Source: Eledone cirrhosa
Lineage: Eukaryota
DNA: 64,000 nt
Reading direction: 5' to 3'
NCBI GenBank assembly: GCA_964016885.1
Contig: OZ024745.1
Span: 114,762,001-114,826,000, forward strand
Part shown: one piece after another, positions 38,947 to 51,865 of the stretch
Position numbering within the stretch: the stretch's first letter is position 1
How the letters are laid out: each line of letters begins with the position of its first letter
The notes under the pieces: generated by a model
What the model saw: the letters and a program-made list of their open reading frames with translations, nothing else
Told to the model about the DNA's origin: nothing
Databases searched by the model: none
Position numbers and translations under genes: made by a program

Positions 38947-39439
38947 TTTATTTCACATTGCTCCAGTTTACTCAGCTGTAGAAATGAGATGATATGACCG
39001 GGGTCCCTATCATTCCACTGCAAAGTGGTCGTGGAGGTGCCATGGCAAAAAAGCACCCAGCACTCACTGTAAATGAGGTTGGTGTTAGGAAAGGCATCCA
39101 GCTGTAGAAATCAAGCTAGAATCAGTTCCCGTCCCACCCTTGCAAGCAGGGAAAAGCGGACGTAAAATGATGATGATGATATAGCATATACTTTTCTTAT
39201 ATAATTCAGATATGTGTATTTTTTTATATATCCTGCATGGATTTTCTATATACGGTCCAGGCATACCCTTTACATTAATACCATGAACTCCCCATATGTA
39301 GCCTTGCTTGAGGTGTCTATACGTGGATTAATCCACGTTGGCAACATAATATCAACTCTGTCAGCACGTACATCAAGGTGCATTTTTGCATGTACAGCCC
39401 AATGTGTGTCTTTATATGCTTTTCTTATATGTATTTTTT

Positions 39440-39556
39440 ACATACTTTTTATGTGTGTAGATGTGTGTATATACATATATACATATGTGTAACAATATAT
39501 GCGCGAGTATGTGTGTGTATGCACACGTGTAGAGGAAAAAAATATATATAAAGCTA

Positions 39557-39587
<31 letters not shown>

Positions 39588-40040
39588 GTGTGTATGCATA
39601 TATATATATACATGTGTGTAGATGTATGTGTATATACGTGTGTGTGAGCGTGTGGGTAGGTATGTATTTATATATATGTATATGTATGTGTGTATATATA
39701 TATATACATATATATGTGCAGGTGTGCGTATGTGTGTATGTATGTATATATATCTGTGCGTGTATATGTATGTATATGTACGAATGTGTGCGTGTGTGTG
39801 TGTATGTATATATACAGGTGCGTGTGTGTGTGTGTGTGTATGCACGCATATATACACGCGCACGTGGGTGTGTGTGTGCCTCTCTATGTGCATGTATGCA
39901 TATATTTGTGTGACTATTTATGTGTGTGTATATACATGGATACGTGTGTATGCTTCTGGGCGTACATGTGTGAACGTAAGCACACAAGCTACTCTGTATG
40001 TATCTGTCCGTATCTCTGTGATTGTGTGTGTGTGTGCACG
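39440..40040. repeat. Degenerate (TG/TA)n alternating purine-pyrimidine tract
   Basis: Directly visible; source of spurious Y/I/H/T/C/V ORFs. Confidence 0.95.
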
Positions 40041-40263
40041 CGGGAGTGTGAGCTGCCAAACACAGCACTAATTTTGCCTACGGGACAGTGGGTGAGTGAC
40101 AGCTCATGCCCTGATGGTCAGTGGGCTGCTACCAGTGGTCAGAATAATGATGATGTCACTAACCAGTGACCAACCCAAGGACACGCAAAGCAGATGAAGG
40201 TGGATGATATAGACCCATAGGGTCAGAAACCCCAGAAAGAGGATATGCTCTGAAATCAATAGA

Positions 40264-40353
40264 TGTGTCCGAGGAACCTGCGAATCCAGAGTCAGGTTGA
40301 TCCACACATAGATCGCACCTCAAGCTGTTTGCCGGGGAAACAATTGTAACACA
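40264..40353 (+). ncRNA. Type I hammerhead-like motif with long stem II and CCGAGGA core
   Basis: TGTGT-CCGAGGA-A-CCTGCGAA...TTTGCCGG-G-GAAAC-AATT-GTA-ACACA followed by AATAAA at 40355. Confidence 0.62.
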
Positions 40354-40656
40354 CAATAAATTGAGTTCCGATACATCACTGATTTTTCGTTTTCCATTCT
40401 ATCATACTCTGCACCGTAGGAGCATAGGGTTAAATTCCATATTTATACAAATAATAATAATAATAATAATTGTTTCTACTTTTGGCACAAGGCCAGCAAA
40501 TTACCCAGTGCATTACTGGTACTTTATTTTATCAACCCCATAAGGATGAAAGGCAAAGTTAACCTTGGCAGGATTTGAACTCAGAATGGAAAGGGCCGTA
40601 ACTTTATGCGTCAAAGCATGATGTCCGACCCTCTACCAATACTGCCAATCCACCGC

Positions 40657-40712
<56 letters not shown>

Positions 40713-41429
40713 GGGGAAGAAAAAATTTCAATTTTTACATACATTTTGAGAGGAGAGTTCATATCTGTGTTTGTCCTTCTTTCTCTGTTAGTTGGCTAAC
40801 AGAAGTAGTAGTTTTTTTGTTTTTGACTGGTAGTAGTTAGGGGAGAGAGGGGAGGAGAGGGAGAAGGAAGAGGAGGGGGAAGAAGAAAAAGGCAGGGGAG
40901 AAGAAGTCCGTTGTGGTGAAAGCCACTCTCAGAAATTGCAACAACGGCGAGCTGGGACTGGTTTGAAAGGTTGGATGACCTTAGAGTTGACGGAGGAGGA
41001 GGGGGGGGGGGGTGATTGTTTCTAAAAATATCTAGCTTGGTAAGAAGAAATCATCAACATTGACTTTGTGGTTTTGCCACAAAAAAGATTCAGAGTCACT
41101 GAAATACTAATTGCATCTTTACCAGAAACCTCCAGATTCAGAAAAATGGAGAAAATTTTGCCTCAGAAAGGATTCAGAGTTATTGAAATACCAATTCTAT
41201 CTTCAGCAGAGACTTCCAGATTCAGGGGAATGGAGAAAAGGGGTTTCATCGATTTTATTAGAGGAAAGCAACCAACCAACTATATTGTGGGCCCGTGAAG
41301 GATGAGAAAGAAGGATGACTTTGGTGGGATTCAAAGTTAAAACGTACCGGACCATACATATTGTAAAGCATTTAGTTTGACACCTTAATGCTCCTGTTTA
41401 TCTGATTATCTTGTGAAAGTCCTCAAAGA

Positions 41430-41525
41430 CTAGCTGATTTGGGTGTTTCTATGTGGCTGCTTGGTCTGCATTATATATATATATATAATGCAGTCCAAGC
41501 AACCACATAGAAACACCCAAATCAG

Positions 41526-41575
<50 letters not shown>

Positions 41576-41773
41576 GTAATCTGAGTTTTTCAAATATTAA
41601 TAATAATATTTGATTTGTTTGCAATTATGCAAACAAGCCTCATTTTTAAAGCCAGGTCAGTAGAATGAGCCCCTCATTCTTGCTCTGACATGGCTTTAAA
41701 AAAGAGGCTTGCTTGCATAATTGCAAACCAATCGAATATTATTATTAATATTCGAAAAACTCAGATTACATTT
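41430..41773. repeat. Two adjacent palindromes separated by (TA)n
   Basis: 41430-41528 centred on (TA)n; 41572-41773 with ~100-bp arms centred on GAATGAG-CCC-CTCATTC. Confidence 0.9.
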
Positions 41774-42504
41774 ATTGTATTCAGCCATGTAGAGTGAACA
41801 TTTTATATATATATATCATAAATATATAAATATTATAAATATATATAAATAGACACACACATATGTGTGTACACATATGTGTGTACACATAAATAAATAA
41901 AAACAACTTGTCATCAAGCCAGAGATCAATAAATATGAAGCCACTTGCTACTAAAATAGAGGACACTTTAAAATATTTAACCAATCAATTAAGCAATCTA
42001 TTAATCAATTAATCAATTATTGATAATCTCAGACCTGTAATGTTAGAATTAATGTTAAAAAGTACCAACATGGAATGAGCCTCCGTCAGTTTTGACCATG
42101 AAGGTTCCAATCATCCAATCAACAGAACAGCCTGCTCATGAAATTAACATGTAAGTTGCTGAGCATTCAATAGAATGCTCATATTGCTCTTGATGTAATT
42201 CTCAGGGAAATTCAATGTGAGACAGTGTGTGTGATAAGGCTGGCCCTTTGAATTACTTGTACAGTCCACCCAATAAGCTTCCAATTTCATTCACAAGGCA
42301 TGGCTCAATCTGAGGCTATGGTAAATGATACTTGTCCCAGATACTACACAGTGGGATTGAACCCAGGATCAGGATTGTGAAGTGAAATTCATAACCATTT
42401 GGCTATGCTGTGTCCACACTACAAACTCATACACAACACACAAACTCACACATACACACAGTTACACATACATGCTTACACATATACCCATGTCACTCAC
42501 ATGC

Positions 42505-42696
42505 TGAAAAGTTTCAGTTAGAAATGTAATGTAAGATGTGGGCCCCCAGTCTGTTTGAACACTACATAGAATATGGGAACATAAGTAAGCGGGATACAGG
42601 CTCCCAGATCATCTGTGAGATCAGGACTTTGCTTGAGTACTGACTCAGTCTGTGAAGATCCTTCCAGCCCTTGCTAACAAGGAAAATAGATGTTAA

Positions 42697-42735
<39 letters not shown>

Positions 42736-42978
42736 GTTATAATAGAATTTTCTATTAATATAGTAAACATATTTAGTGTTGAAAAGAAGAATACAATGGT
42801 AAAAGTATTAAAAAAAAGATTAAAATAATAAACAGGGAGAGAAAAAAACACAGAAAAGGAATGAAAGAAAAAATGGAAAAAGGGTAAAGAGGAAGGAAAG
42901 GGTCAAACTTTACACCCTTTGCTGGTCAGTATATCTCAGTATCACTTGCTAGACAAGATGGCAAAAGTATTGCTGCAG
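42505..42978 (+). repeat. ~450-bp direct repeat, copy 1 (copy 2 at 45263-45705)
   Basis: Both begin TGAAAAGTTTCAGTTAGAAATGTAATGTAAGATGTGGG and stay colinear to TATTGCTGCAG. Confidence 0.9.
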
Positions 42979-43835
42979 TCAATGACACCCACTCCATCAG
43001 TCATATTCACACACATGCTTACACATATATACATACACACACATGCTTGCACATATACATGTACACACACACACACATATACTCATATAAATGTGCTCAC
43101 ACACATTCACACACATGCTTACACATATACATATGCACACACACACATACACACTCACACACATGTTCACACATGCTCACACATATACACATGTACACAC
43201 ACACATACACACACATTGTACTTTTTATTATTTTGTTACAATGGAAGCAACAAAAAAATGCTATAATAACAACAAGAAAAAAATAAACAGAATTGCATTC
43301 TGGGATTGACCTGTTCATTCAGTGACAAGTAGAATATTTCTCTCTAGGTAAGGACATTCACTGGTGGAGAATTCTTACATCTACAACACAGTCTTAGCAA
43401 ACGTACACACACTCACTAACACATATATATATAAACACGATCTCATATTTTATGAGTATACATAAATGTAAAAATAGTTATATGCTATATATTAATACTT
43501 AGAGACTATAAATTATATATTTATTTATTATATATGCTAGCAATGACAACTGGATACATGCAAAAGTTTTAGCTACAGTGGATGTGATTGGCAAGACGAC
43601 AAAGCAAGGAATGTAACCATTACATACATACATTCATACATAAATACACTCACACATACACACATATTGAAACCCATTCACATACATACATACACTTACA
43701 CATACGTACATATTGAAATCCATTCACACACACATGCACACATAGACATACATACAATTCTAAGGACATAAAGAACTACAAATATATACATATTTTAAAT
43801 ATTTTATGTGTTAGTGTGTTCTTCCAGAGCAAAAT

Positions 43836-45072
43836 ATGAGTTACGCAAAGTTCCGGGAAAGTGGAGAGTTCTCCGACATTACCATTTGGGTTAGTGAAAC
43901 TGAATTTAAACTTCACAAATTTCCTTTACTTACTAAATCTGATTACTTTTGCAATCATGTGAGGGATTTATCAGAAGGAATTACTGGAAACATTTTGAAT
44001 TTAGAACTGAAAGATTTCCCAGGTGGTTCAGATGTATTTGGTCTTATTGCAGATTTCTGTTATGGAATTAATGTAAGTTTGACTGTTGATAATGTCGTTG
44101 AACTCCGACTGGCAGCAGCTTATTTGGAAATGGTAGGTACAGATAATTTAATCGAAATGACTGAAAAATTTATCGAAAATATGGTAATGTCTTCAAAGAT
44201 TAGTCGGTCTGCAGACACCATCATCAAGCTCTTGCAGAATTGTTGTAATATCAAGGAAATGGCTGAGGAAATAGGTTTGGTTGATAAATGCACAGATGCA
44301 CTGGCAAGGTGCTGGTCTACTCCTCCGACAAGGTTCAATAACCCAAACCGGAAAAAATTGATTGATGTGTATGACAGTGGAGTTGTTGAACAGTTGTATG
44401 AATTACCCATTGTTTGGATAACTAAAGTTATAGCTTGTGCCAAAGAAAAAGGAGTTCAGAAGAACTGTTTGTCTGAGTTGGTATTGTCAATGATTCGCCT
44501 TGGAATGGAGAACAGCTTTGTTGAAAAGGGAGATTTCGAGAGTTTGAATAAAAATGATGACCAAACAGGAAAACCTCAAATAACTCGAGACTGTGATTTA
44601 ATTCGAGATACAAAATACATTAAATCTGAAGAAAATGAGGCTGAACATATTAAACGTAGTACTATAATATTAGCTACCATGCTAGAAGAACTGCCTCAAG
44701 AGACTTTCGAAAACAATTTCTTTTCTGTTGATAACATTCTAACAATTTTAACTGAAATAATTTCCTGCGATACCCAGCAGAGACAATCTGTTTTGAAAAA
44801 AGTAATACGTCCGCTTTTTAATCGGTTGTCCCCTGGTGAAATATCCCTTATAAATCCTGATGTAATGCTTGAAATTGTTACAAGTTCATTTGCAGCAGAT
44901 CCTTTGATGGCTAAAGAGCTTAGAAAGATTATCAACATTTATTTGATTGAAAGATCTCAAAGGAATTGTCTAAAGAAAGAAACATTTAAAATGTTGCTCA
45001 CTGTAATTCCATTTGTTCCTCAGCCTAACTCTGACAGAATTCTAGAGGTCTTGGAATGTCTAATCAATTCAG
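43836..45072 (+). CDS. BTB/POZ protein of NPH3/RPT2-like type, first coding exon
   Basis: SDITIWVSETEFKLHKFPLLTKS...DFPGGSDVFGLIADFCYG...NVVELRLAAAYLEM...NLIEMTEKFI; CAG acceptor at 43825-43827 just before the ATG; AG/GTAAG donor after 45072 (phase 1). Confidence 0.92.
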
Positions 45073-48000
45073 GTAAGATTATTGTTTTTATCAACAAAAT
45101 TAACACACCTTTTTGTTTGATTTATGGGGTCAAGAAATAACAAAAAAACTTGAGATTGCAAACACTTGTGGCTGTTGCATAATATTGAAATTCAAGTCTG
45201 TATTTATCACAACTATAACTCCTTTGTGAATCATGTCTCTGGAGAAGTTTTCATTTCTACATTGAAAAGTTTCAGTTAGAAATGTAATGTAAGATGTGGG
45301 ACCCCAGCCTGTTTGAGCACTCCATAGAAGTAAGCGGGATACATGGGATGCAGGCTCTCAGCTCATCTGTGATATCAGGAGCTCTGTTTGAGTACTGACT
45401 CAATCTGTGAAGATCCTTCCAACCCTTTATTACAAGGGAAAATAGACGTTAAATAATGACAATGATCACTGTTATAATAGAATTTTCTACAAATATAGTT
45501 AACAAGTTTATTGTTGAACAGAAGAATGCAATGATGAAAGTATTAAAAAAAAGATTAAAATAATAAACAGGAAGAGAAAAAAACACAGAAAATTAATGAA
45601 AGAAAAAATTAGATAATGGAAAAAAGGGTAAAATGGAAAAAAGGGTAAAGTGGAAGTATATCTCAGCAGCACCTGCCAAACAAGATGGCAAATGTATTGC
45701 TGCAGGGAACAGTCAATGGCATCAACAGCATCAGTCATTCCACCTCATAGGACCTCTTCCTCTGGTGAGATGTACTCTGCCTGATTTTATGGAGGAAAAC
45801 CACTGTCCAGGGACCAAGGACACTAGTGGTTTCAATGGCATCCAACAGAGGAATATGACTCTGATTATTTCTGCTCAAGGAAACGTCTGAGACAGAGGTA
45901 GCTGATCCTTTCTTAACATCTTTATAAATGGTAGCCTAGTGATGTTTGTTTTTGTCATGTCAGGAGGAATCATCATCATCATCCTCATTTAACATCTATT
46001 TACCATGCTTGCATGAGTTAGATGGGTTGTCACGTTATGAGGTAATTTAGGTCAGATGATCAGATCTTGCTCATATTTTGGCTTGATTTCTATAGCTGGA
46101 TGCTTTTCCTAACGCCAATCACCTTACAGAGTGGACTGGGTGCATTTTCTTGTGTCACCATCATGACCCCTTTACAGGATGGACTGAGTGTTTTTGTAGT
46201 TGTGGCACTGGATCAGCATACAGGGTTGACTTAGTGCTTTTGTTGTGATAATGATACTGTGGCAAGATCAGATGTAGAATGTTTCCACCAGCTTTCATGT
46301 TTGAATGAATGGGTTGGGCAGATGAGGTGTATCAGTGTGGGGGGGGGGGGGGGATTTGGAGGGGATTACAAATGAAAGCAGAAGACAGTTGAATAATATT
46401 CTTTGCAGTATCTGATCAGGCTCTGTGCATTCGGGGGGTATTTGTTCGTGTCCTGTGAAATGAAATAGAAATTAATGTTAGAACAGATCTATTCAGCAGA
46501 GAAGGACCCCAGTAGAAACATTATTACATCAAGTTACAAATCTCTACTTGCAGCATAAACATTGGGAGGATACCAATCAAAGGGTTGAGAGGACCCTTCA
46601 GTTGTGTCAAAGACATGACAACCTCTCAAGTGCTGGTGCCATGATAAAATGCACTCAGTAGAATGTGGGACCATATGTAAACAAGATACCGATCCACAGC
46701 CTGTCTGGGAAGTCAGTAGCCCCGTTTCAGTACTGATTCAGTCTATGAAGACCAGTCCAACCCTTGCTAGAAGGGAAAACTAACCATGATAATGATGATA
46801 ATGTTTTTTGTTGTTGTTGTTTTTTGCTAGGGTTTATGATATAGCCGCGATGAGGGATATAGACACAATTAGAGACACATAGACAGTTTCTTGTGTTCAT
46901 TATAGATCTGGTATGGCTATAGCTTTAACTGTTAATATCTTGTAATAATGGGTTTGTTAATTCAAATATTTATAGTATCTTTACGGGTAGATATATTATT
47001 GTGAACATTTACAGTAAACTAAAGTTAATATGTTAACCTTTGACCCTTTTGATTCCAACCTGCCAAAAAACCACCTCTATTTCTATGAAACATAACCACC
47101 CAATTTTAAAGAATTCCTATTTAAATGAAAGCCTTCCCAAATTATTTGATATAAGAATCTTTTGTGATGATATAAATATTATCTTAGAAAATTCCTTCTA
47201 AGACTTTGCTAATTAACTGAAATACAATATATATCATTAGAAATACAGTAACGAAAGGGTTAATGTGATATCATAGTGCTGTTTTGCTAATGCAGTTTCA
47301 TGTGGTACAGGAGGTTAAGAGTTAAATATTTGAGTTTCTACTCTGAAGATAAGTATTAAATGTGTCAAAATAAAATCTCTTATCTCCCCATTATTTATTA
47401 AAAACAGTAACTCACTATAATAACCACATAATAAACTATCTTTTCAATCATTGTCACCAACATAACTACTTAATTCACCTTAGCTTTGCATTAAGCCATG
47501 CTTATTGTCTTTACAATAATATTCCTTACCAGCTTTCACAGTTGTAATTTTACACGAAGATGAGTGTTCCAATTGATCCAATAAATAGGACAGCCTGCTC
47601 ATGAAGTTAACATGCAAGTGGCTGAGCATTCCACAGAGACATGTACCCTTACCATAGTTCTCAGGGGGATTCAGCATGACACAGAATGTGACAAGGCTGA
47701 CCCTTCGAATTAAAGGTATATCTCATTTTTTGCCAGCTGAGTAGGCTGGAGCAATGTGAAATAAAGCGTCTTGCTCAAGTATGCAATGTACTACCAGGAA
47801 TCAATCTCACAAACTTACATTTGTGAGCCGAATACCCTATCCACAAAGCCACACGCTTCACTAACTTTACTTAGTTTGATACTTTTGGCATGCGGCCTGG
47901 ATTTTTACTTGGCAGAACATTCAACATGCTGACAGTTTTGCACTTGTAATAAAATTTAGTATACTGTGGGAAATTGGGAGTGGTATGAGGTTTTGAGCTT

Positions 48001-48394
48001 TTAAATAAACCAGTCAATCCTTCTAATACATATACATACAATGATTATTTATGGCCAGGCTCAAGATCAATTATCATTACTTTTTTTTTTTGCATGTAAA
48101 GAGAGGTAGAATAGTTTAGTTGACTGAATAAATCCAAATATATTATATATTTAGTAGCAGTAACAAAATCAGTTCTAATGTAATTTGAACCCAAAACAGG
48201 ATGTCAATAAACTATGTACCACAAAACAGTTGATACAGCTCCCTTTCAACTAAAATACAACCACTTTACATTAGCAAGGTTCATTCAACACAAATGATAT
48301 TTCCATGTTGATACATCAAAAAGACCATACTTATAATTCATAACTACTAACACTACCTATTTCTTCTTCTTCTTCTATTATTATTGTTATTATT

Positions 48395-49364
48395 GTTCTT
48401 TGAGTCTCAGTCATTGATGTTATTTAACTGGAAAGTTTGTTGAAATGAATATCAAGCCGCTACCTGCAGCCTCAGATATTCAGGACGTATCGGAGGGTTC
48501 TCGCTGTTCCCAGCAAGCATGCTTTTTGAAGTGTTCCAAAAAGCAGGGCTGGACTAATTTTCTTTAACCATCCTTGGAAACTCTTTGAGATAGTACCTAG
48601 TGCGCCTATGACAATTGGGACGACTCTGACTTCGTGGCAGTTCCAAATCCTTTTTACCTCCCACTTTAAATCCTGGTATCAGTTAATTTTCTCCCTCTCC
48701 TTTTCTTGCACTCTCGTGTCAAATGGGCAGGCTACATCTACAATCAGGCACAATCTTTTTTCCTTGTCCAAAACCACCAGGTCAGGCCTATTGTGTTCTA
48801 ATTTTTTGTCCTAAAATCCCATAGCACCTTCACCTGATCGTTTTCTATCACCGACTCTGGCTTATGCTCATACCACTTCTCAGAATGTGGTAAATTGTTT
48901 ACTTTGCATAGGTGCCAGTGGATCACCCTGCCTATCACATCATGTCTCCAGCCTTTATAGTGAGTCTGGGCTAGGTGTTTACACTCGGATACAATGTGAG
49001 CCACAGTCTCCTCTCTCTCTCCACAGATCCTACACAGTGGGTTAGTCTCCTCCTTGTAAATATGGTGTTTCACCCACTTCGTTCTGAGGGCCTGCTCTTG
49101 CGCAGCCATTAGCATTCCTTCTGTAGCCTTTTTAAGGTCTCCCCTTTTTAACTAGTTCCATGTCTGTGTGGATCTCTAAATTCAGTTTTCTTAAAGAAGG
49201 TACTATGAAGGGATTTTTCATGAAGGTTGCTCTTCCTCCTTGTTGTTATTTCCTTCTTGGACATCCCCTGGTCTATAGTCCTCTCCTTCAGTACAATTCT
49301 GAGCATTGGCTCCCTACTGTTAGTCACGTATTTGTGCAGGTTGTTTTTCTCCATCTGAACACAG
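48395..49364 (-). mobile_element. R4/Dong-like non-LTR retrotransposon 3' fragment
   Basis: AAQEQALRT...CRICGEREETVAHIVSEC...RHDVIG...VLWDF and a downstream RPDL-type RLE region; flanked by a ~50-bp duplication. Confidence 0.88.
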
Positions 49365-49419
49365 TACTAACACTACCTATTTCTTCTTCTTCTTCTTCTA
49401 TTATTATTGTTATTATTAT

Positions 49420-50220
49420 TATCGAGGTTGACTTTGCCTTTCATCCTTACGGGGTCGATAAAATAAAGTACCAGTAATGAACTGGGTAATTGCTGGCCTT
49501 GTGCCTAAAGTAGAAACAATTATTATTATTATTATTATTATTACTTGCCATTCTGAGTTCAAATCCCGCTGAGGTTAACTTTGCCTTTCATCCTTACGGG
49601 GTTGATAAAATAAAGTACCAGTAATGAACTGGGTAATTGCTGGCCTTGTGCCAAAAGTAGAAATAATAATAATAATTATTATTATTATTATTGCCCTTCA
49701 TCCTTACAGAGTCAATATATAAAGCATTGGGGTCCATTTAATCAACTTTCCCCTCCCCCTCAAATTGCTGGCCTTGTACCTAAAATAGAAACATTATTAT
49801 TGGCAGTATCGGTAGAAGGTCAGACACCATTCTTTGCAGCATATATTTACAGCTCTTTATGGTCTGAGTTCAAATCCCGCCGAGGTTAACTTTGCCGTTC
49901 ATCCTTACGGGGGTCAATAAAATAAAGTACCAGTCATGCACTGGGGTTGATTTAATCAACTTTCCTCTACCCCAAAATTGCTGGCCTTGTGCCTATATAA
50001 GAAATATAAGCAACCATTATCATCAGTAGAGCGCCAGACAACATGCTTTGCAGCATATAGTTATGTCCCTTTGCATTCTGAGTTCAAATTCTGTTGAGGT
50101 TAGATTTGCCTTTCATCTTTGCTGAGTCGATAAAATAAAGTACCAGTAATGTGCTGGGTCAATTCAATCAACTTTCCCTTTCTTCACCAAATTGCAGGCC
50201 TTGTAGAAACAATTATTATT
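49420..50220 (+). mobile_element. Head-to-tail stack of about 5 SINE copies joined by (TTA)n
   Basis: Repeated GCCTTTCATCCTTACGGGGTCGATAAAATAAAGTACCAG...GGCCTTGTGCC..AAAGTAGAAACAATTATT. Confidence 0.9.
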
Positions 50221-50306
50221 ATCTTCACATTCTTCAAAGTCTTCTTGAAACTTTTCTTCCCTTTATTGTAATCTTTCCTCTCTCATTTTCACTTTCCTGT
50301 TCTCAG

Positions 50307-50576
50307 AACAGCAAACTCTGACTAAAGAGGAACGTCTGGGACTTATCAAATCAATTGACTGGAGTGGCTTCAGTGAAGAAGCATTAGAAAAATCTTTGGA
50401 CAAAGGCATCATTCCATCAAAATATATTGCCAGAGCTGCGGTTACTCTATGTAAAAGACTTCGACAGACTATTGAACATCTGGAAGAAAGCAGAAAGGCA
50501 GAAAGTGACAGAGGTGTGGCTATTGGTGGAAGTGGTTCTTTTATTTCTGACAATTATTTAAGAGTCCAGTCATCAG
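50307..50576 (+). CDS. BTB/NPH3-like gene, second coding exon
   Basis: Polypyrimidine tract plus CAG; EQQTLTKEERLGLIKSIDWSGFSEEALEKSLDKGIIP...; 270 nt, phase 1-1; GTAAGT donor. Confidence 0.85.
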
Positions 50577-50689
50577 GTAAGTGAAATATATATGTATGTA
50601 GGTTAAAACCTGTGGGAGGATGTGATAATTAGAGGTGAGTGAAAGACGGGAGGGGGATGTGTGGGTTATTTAAAAATAGGAACCACATT

Positions 50690-51250
50690 GTTAGAAGAGA
50701 GCTTGGGATGCTCTAGCTATTGATGCACAAATATGTCCTGTGTTTGTGACATTTGTAGGAATTTCTAGACGGTAACGAGAATTTTTCCAGACATGTCTTT
50801 CCACAGCTCATCTCTTTGATAGAGCTGAAGTCCTTGATCAAGCATAGACCAAGAGTGGACATCTGGTATCTGGAATGTTGTTAAAGGCATAGAGTTCTTC
50901 TTACCATGTTTGGTAATGTAGTCTGTGGAGAGTCAACGTTTGCATTCTTTAGAGAGTTTGTGGGGAGCATGAGCAATGATTTTTTGGATGTCAAGGAGAC
51001 CCAACTAAGCAGCTTGTACTGGAGGACTTCCATCTCAAGGATTATGGACAGTGGGTGGGGTCAGGGAATGTATTGCAGGTTTAGGATAAACTCTACTGGT
51101 ATTGGAATGTCAATAGCTGGGCCTGTCTGAAATGAATACAAAGTGATGAAACTGTTATCCACATACACATTCAGTGTTGCAACATTACTAATTTGTTGAA
51201 CAACTGTTGTCATATGGAGGACCAGTTTCTCATTAACATCACCCTGCTGT
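50690..51250 (-). mobile_element. Possible old LINE RT remnant
   Basis: Balanced composition and a YVDN (YADD-like) motif near 51155-51170; no intact ORF. Confidence 0.35.
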
Positions 51251-51865
51251 TGTTATTTTTTCAAACTCATAAACCCCTCACTAAAGGCAGTGAATTGGCA
51301 GAATCTTTAGAAGTTGGATAGAATGCGTAGCAGTATTCATTCTGGCTCTCTGCACTATGAGTTCAAATCCTGATGAGGTCAACTTTGCCTTTCATTCTTT
51401 CAAGATCGATAAAAAAAATACCAGTCATATAGTTGTGTTTTCCTCTATATCTCTTTCTCACTTATTCTCTCTATCAATCACTCCCCCCCCCCTTCCCTGG
51501 AGAAATAGCCTCTGTTCAGAGCCACAGAGGAGATGGGCTCTGCCAGGTTTAAAAATACCCAAGAAATGCAGTGCCTCTACGACTCCACCAGGAGTTATGG
51601 GTTCATACATACATACATACATACAAGCCCCTCACTGATTTTGTACCTTTGTAGTGTGCTTCATCCCTCAACCTTGAGGCAAATAAAGAAGCTACTACAA
51701 CTACCACCACCACCACCACCACTATCACCACCACAACTATCACCATCACCACCACTACCACCCCAACACCACCATGATGCAATATTGAATACAAAAATAA
51801 CCCAGTGCAATAAATCTTTAAAAAGATAAATAAATAATCTGTATTTATATCAAATAATCTTCCAG

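Noticed and set aside
38404-40169. Long ORFs rich in Y/I/H/T/C/V
   Set aside because: Translations of (TA)n/(TG)n microsatellites; the same applies to ORFs near 17.3, 27.3, 36.5, 43.0 and 63.3 kb
44120-44938. Antisense ORFs within the BTB exon (also 50263-50553 and 51603-52004)
   Set aside because: Shadows of the plus-strand coding frame with no recognisable motifs
45073-45140. C-terminal tail of the 434-aa ORF
   Set aside because: Read-through into the intron after a strong AG/GTAAG donor; a phase-compatible exon exists at 50307
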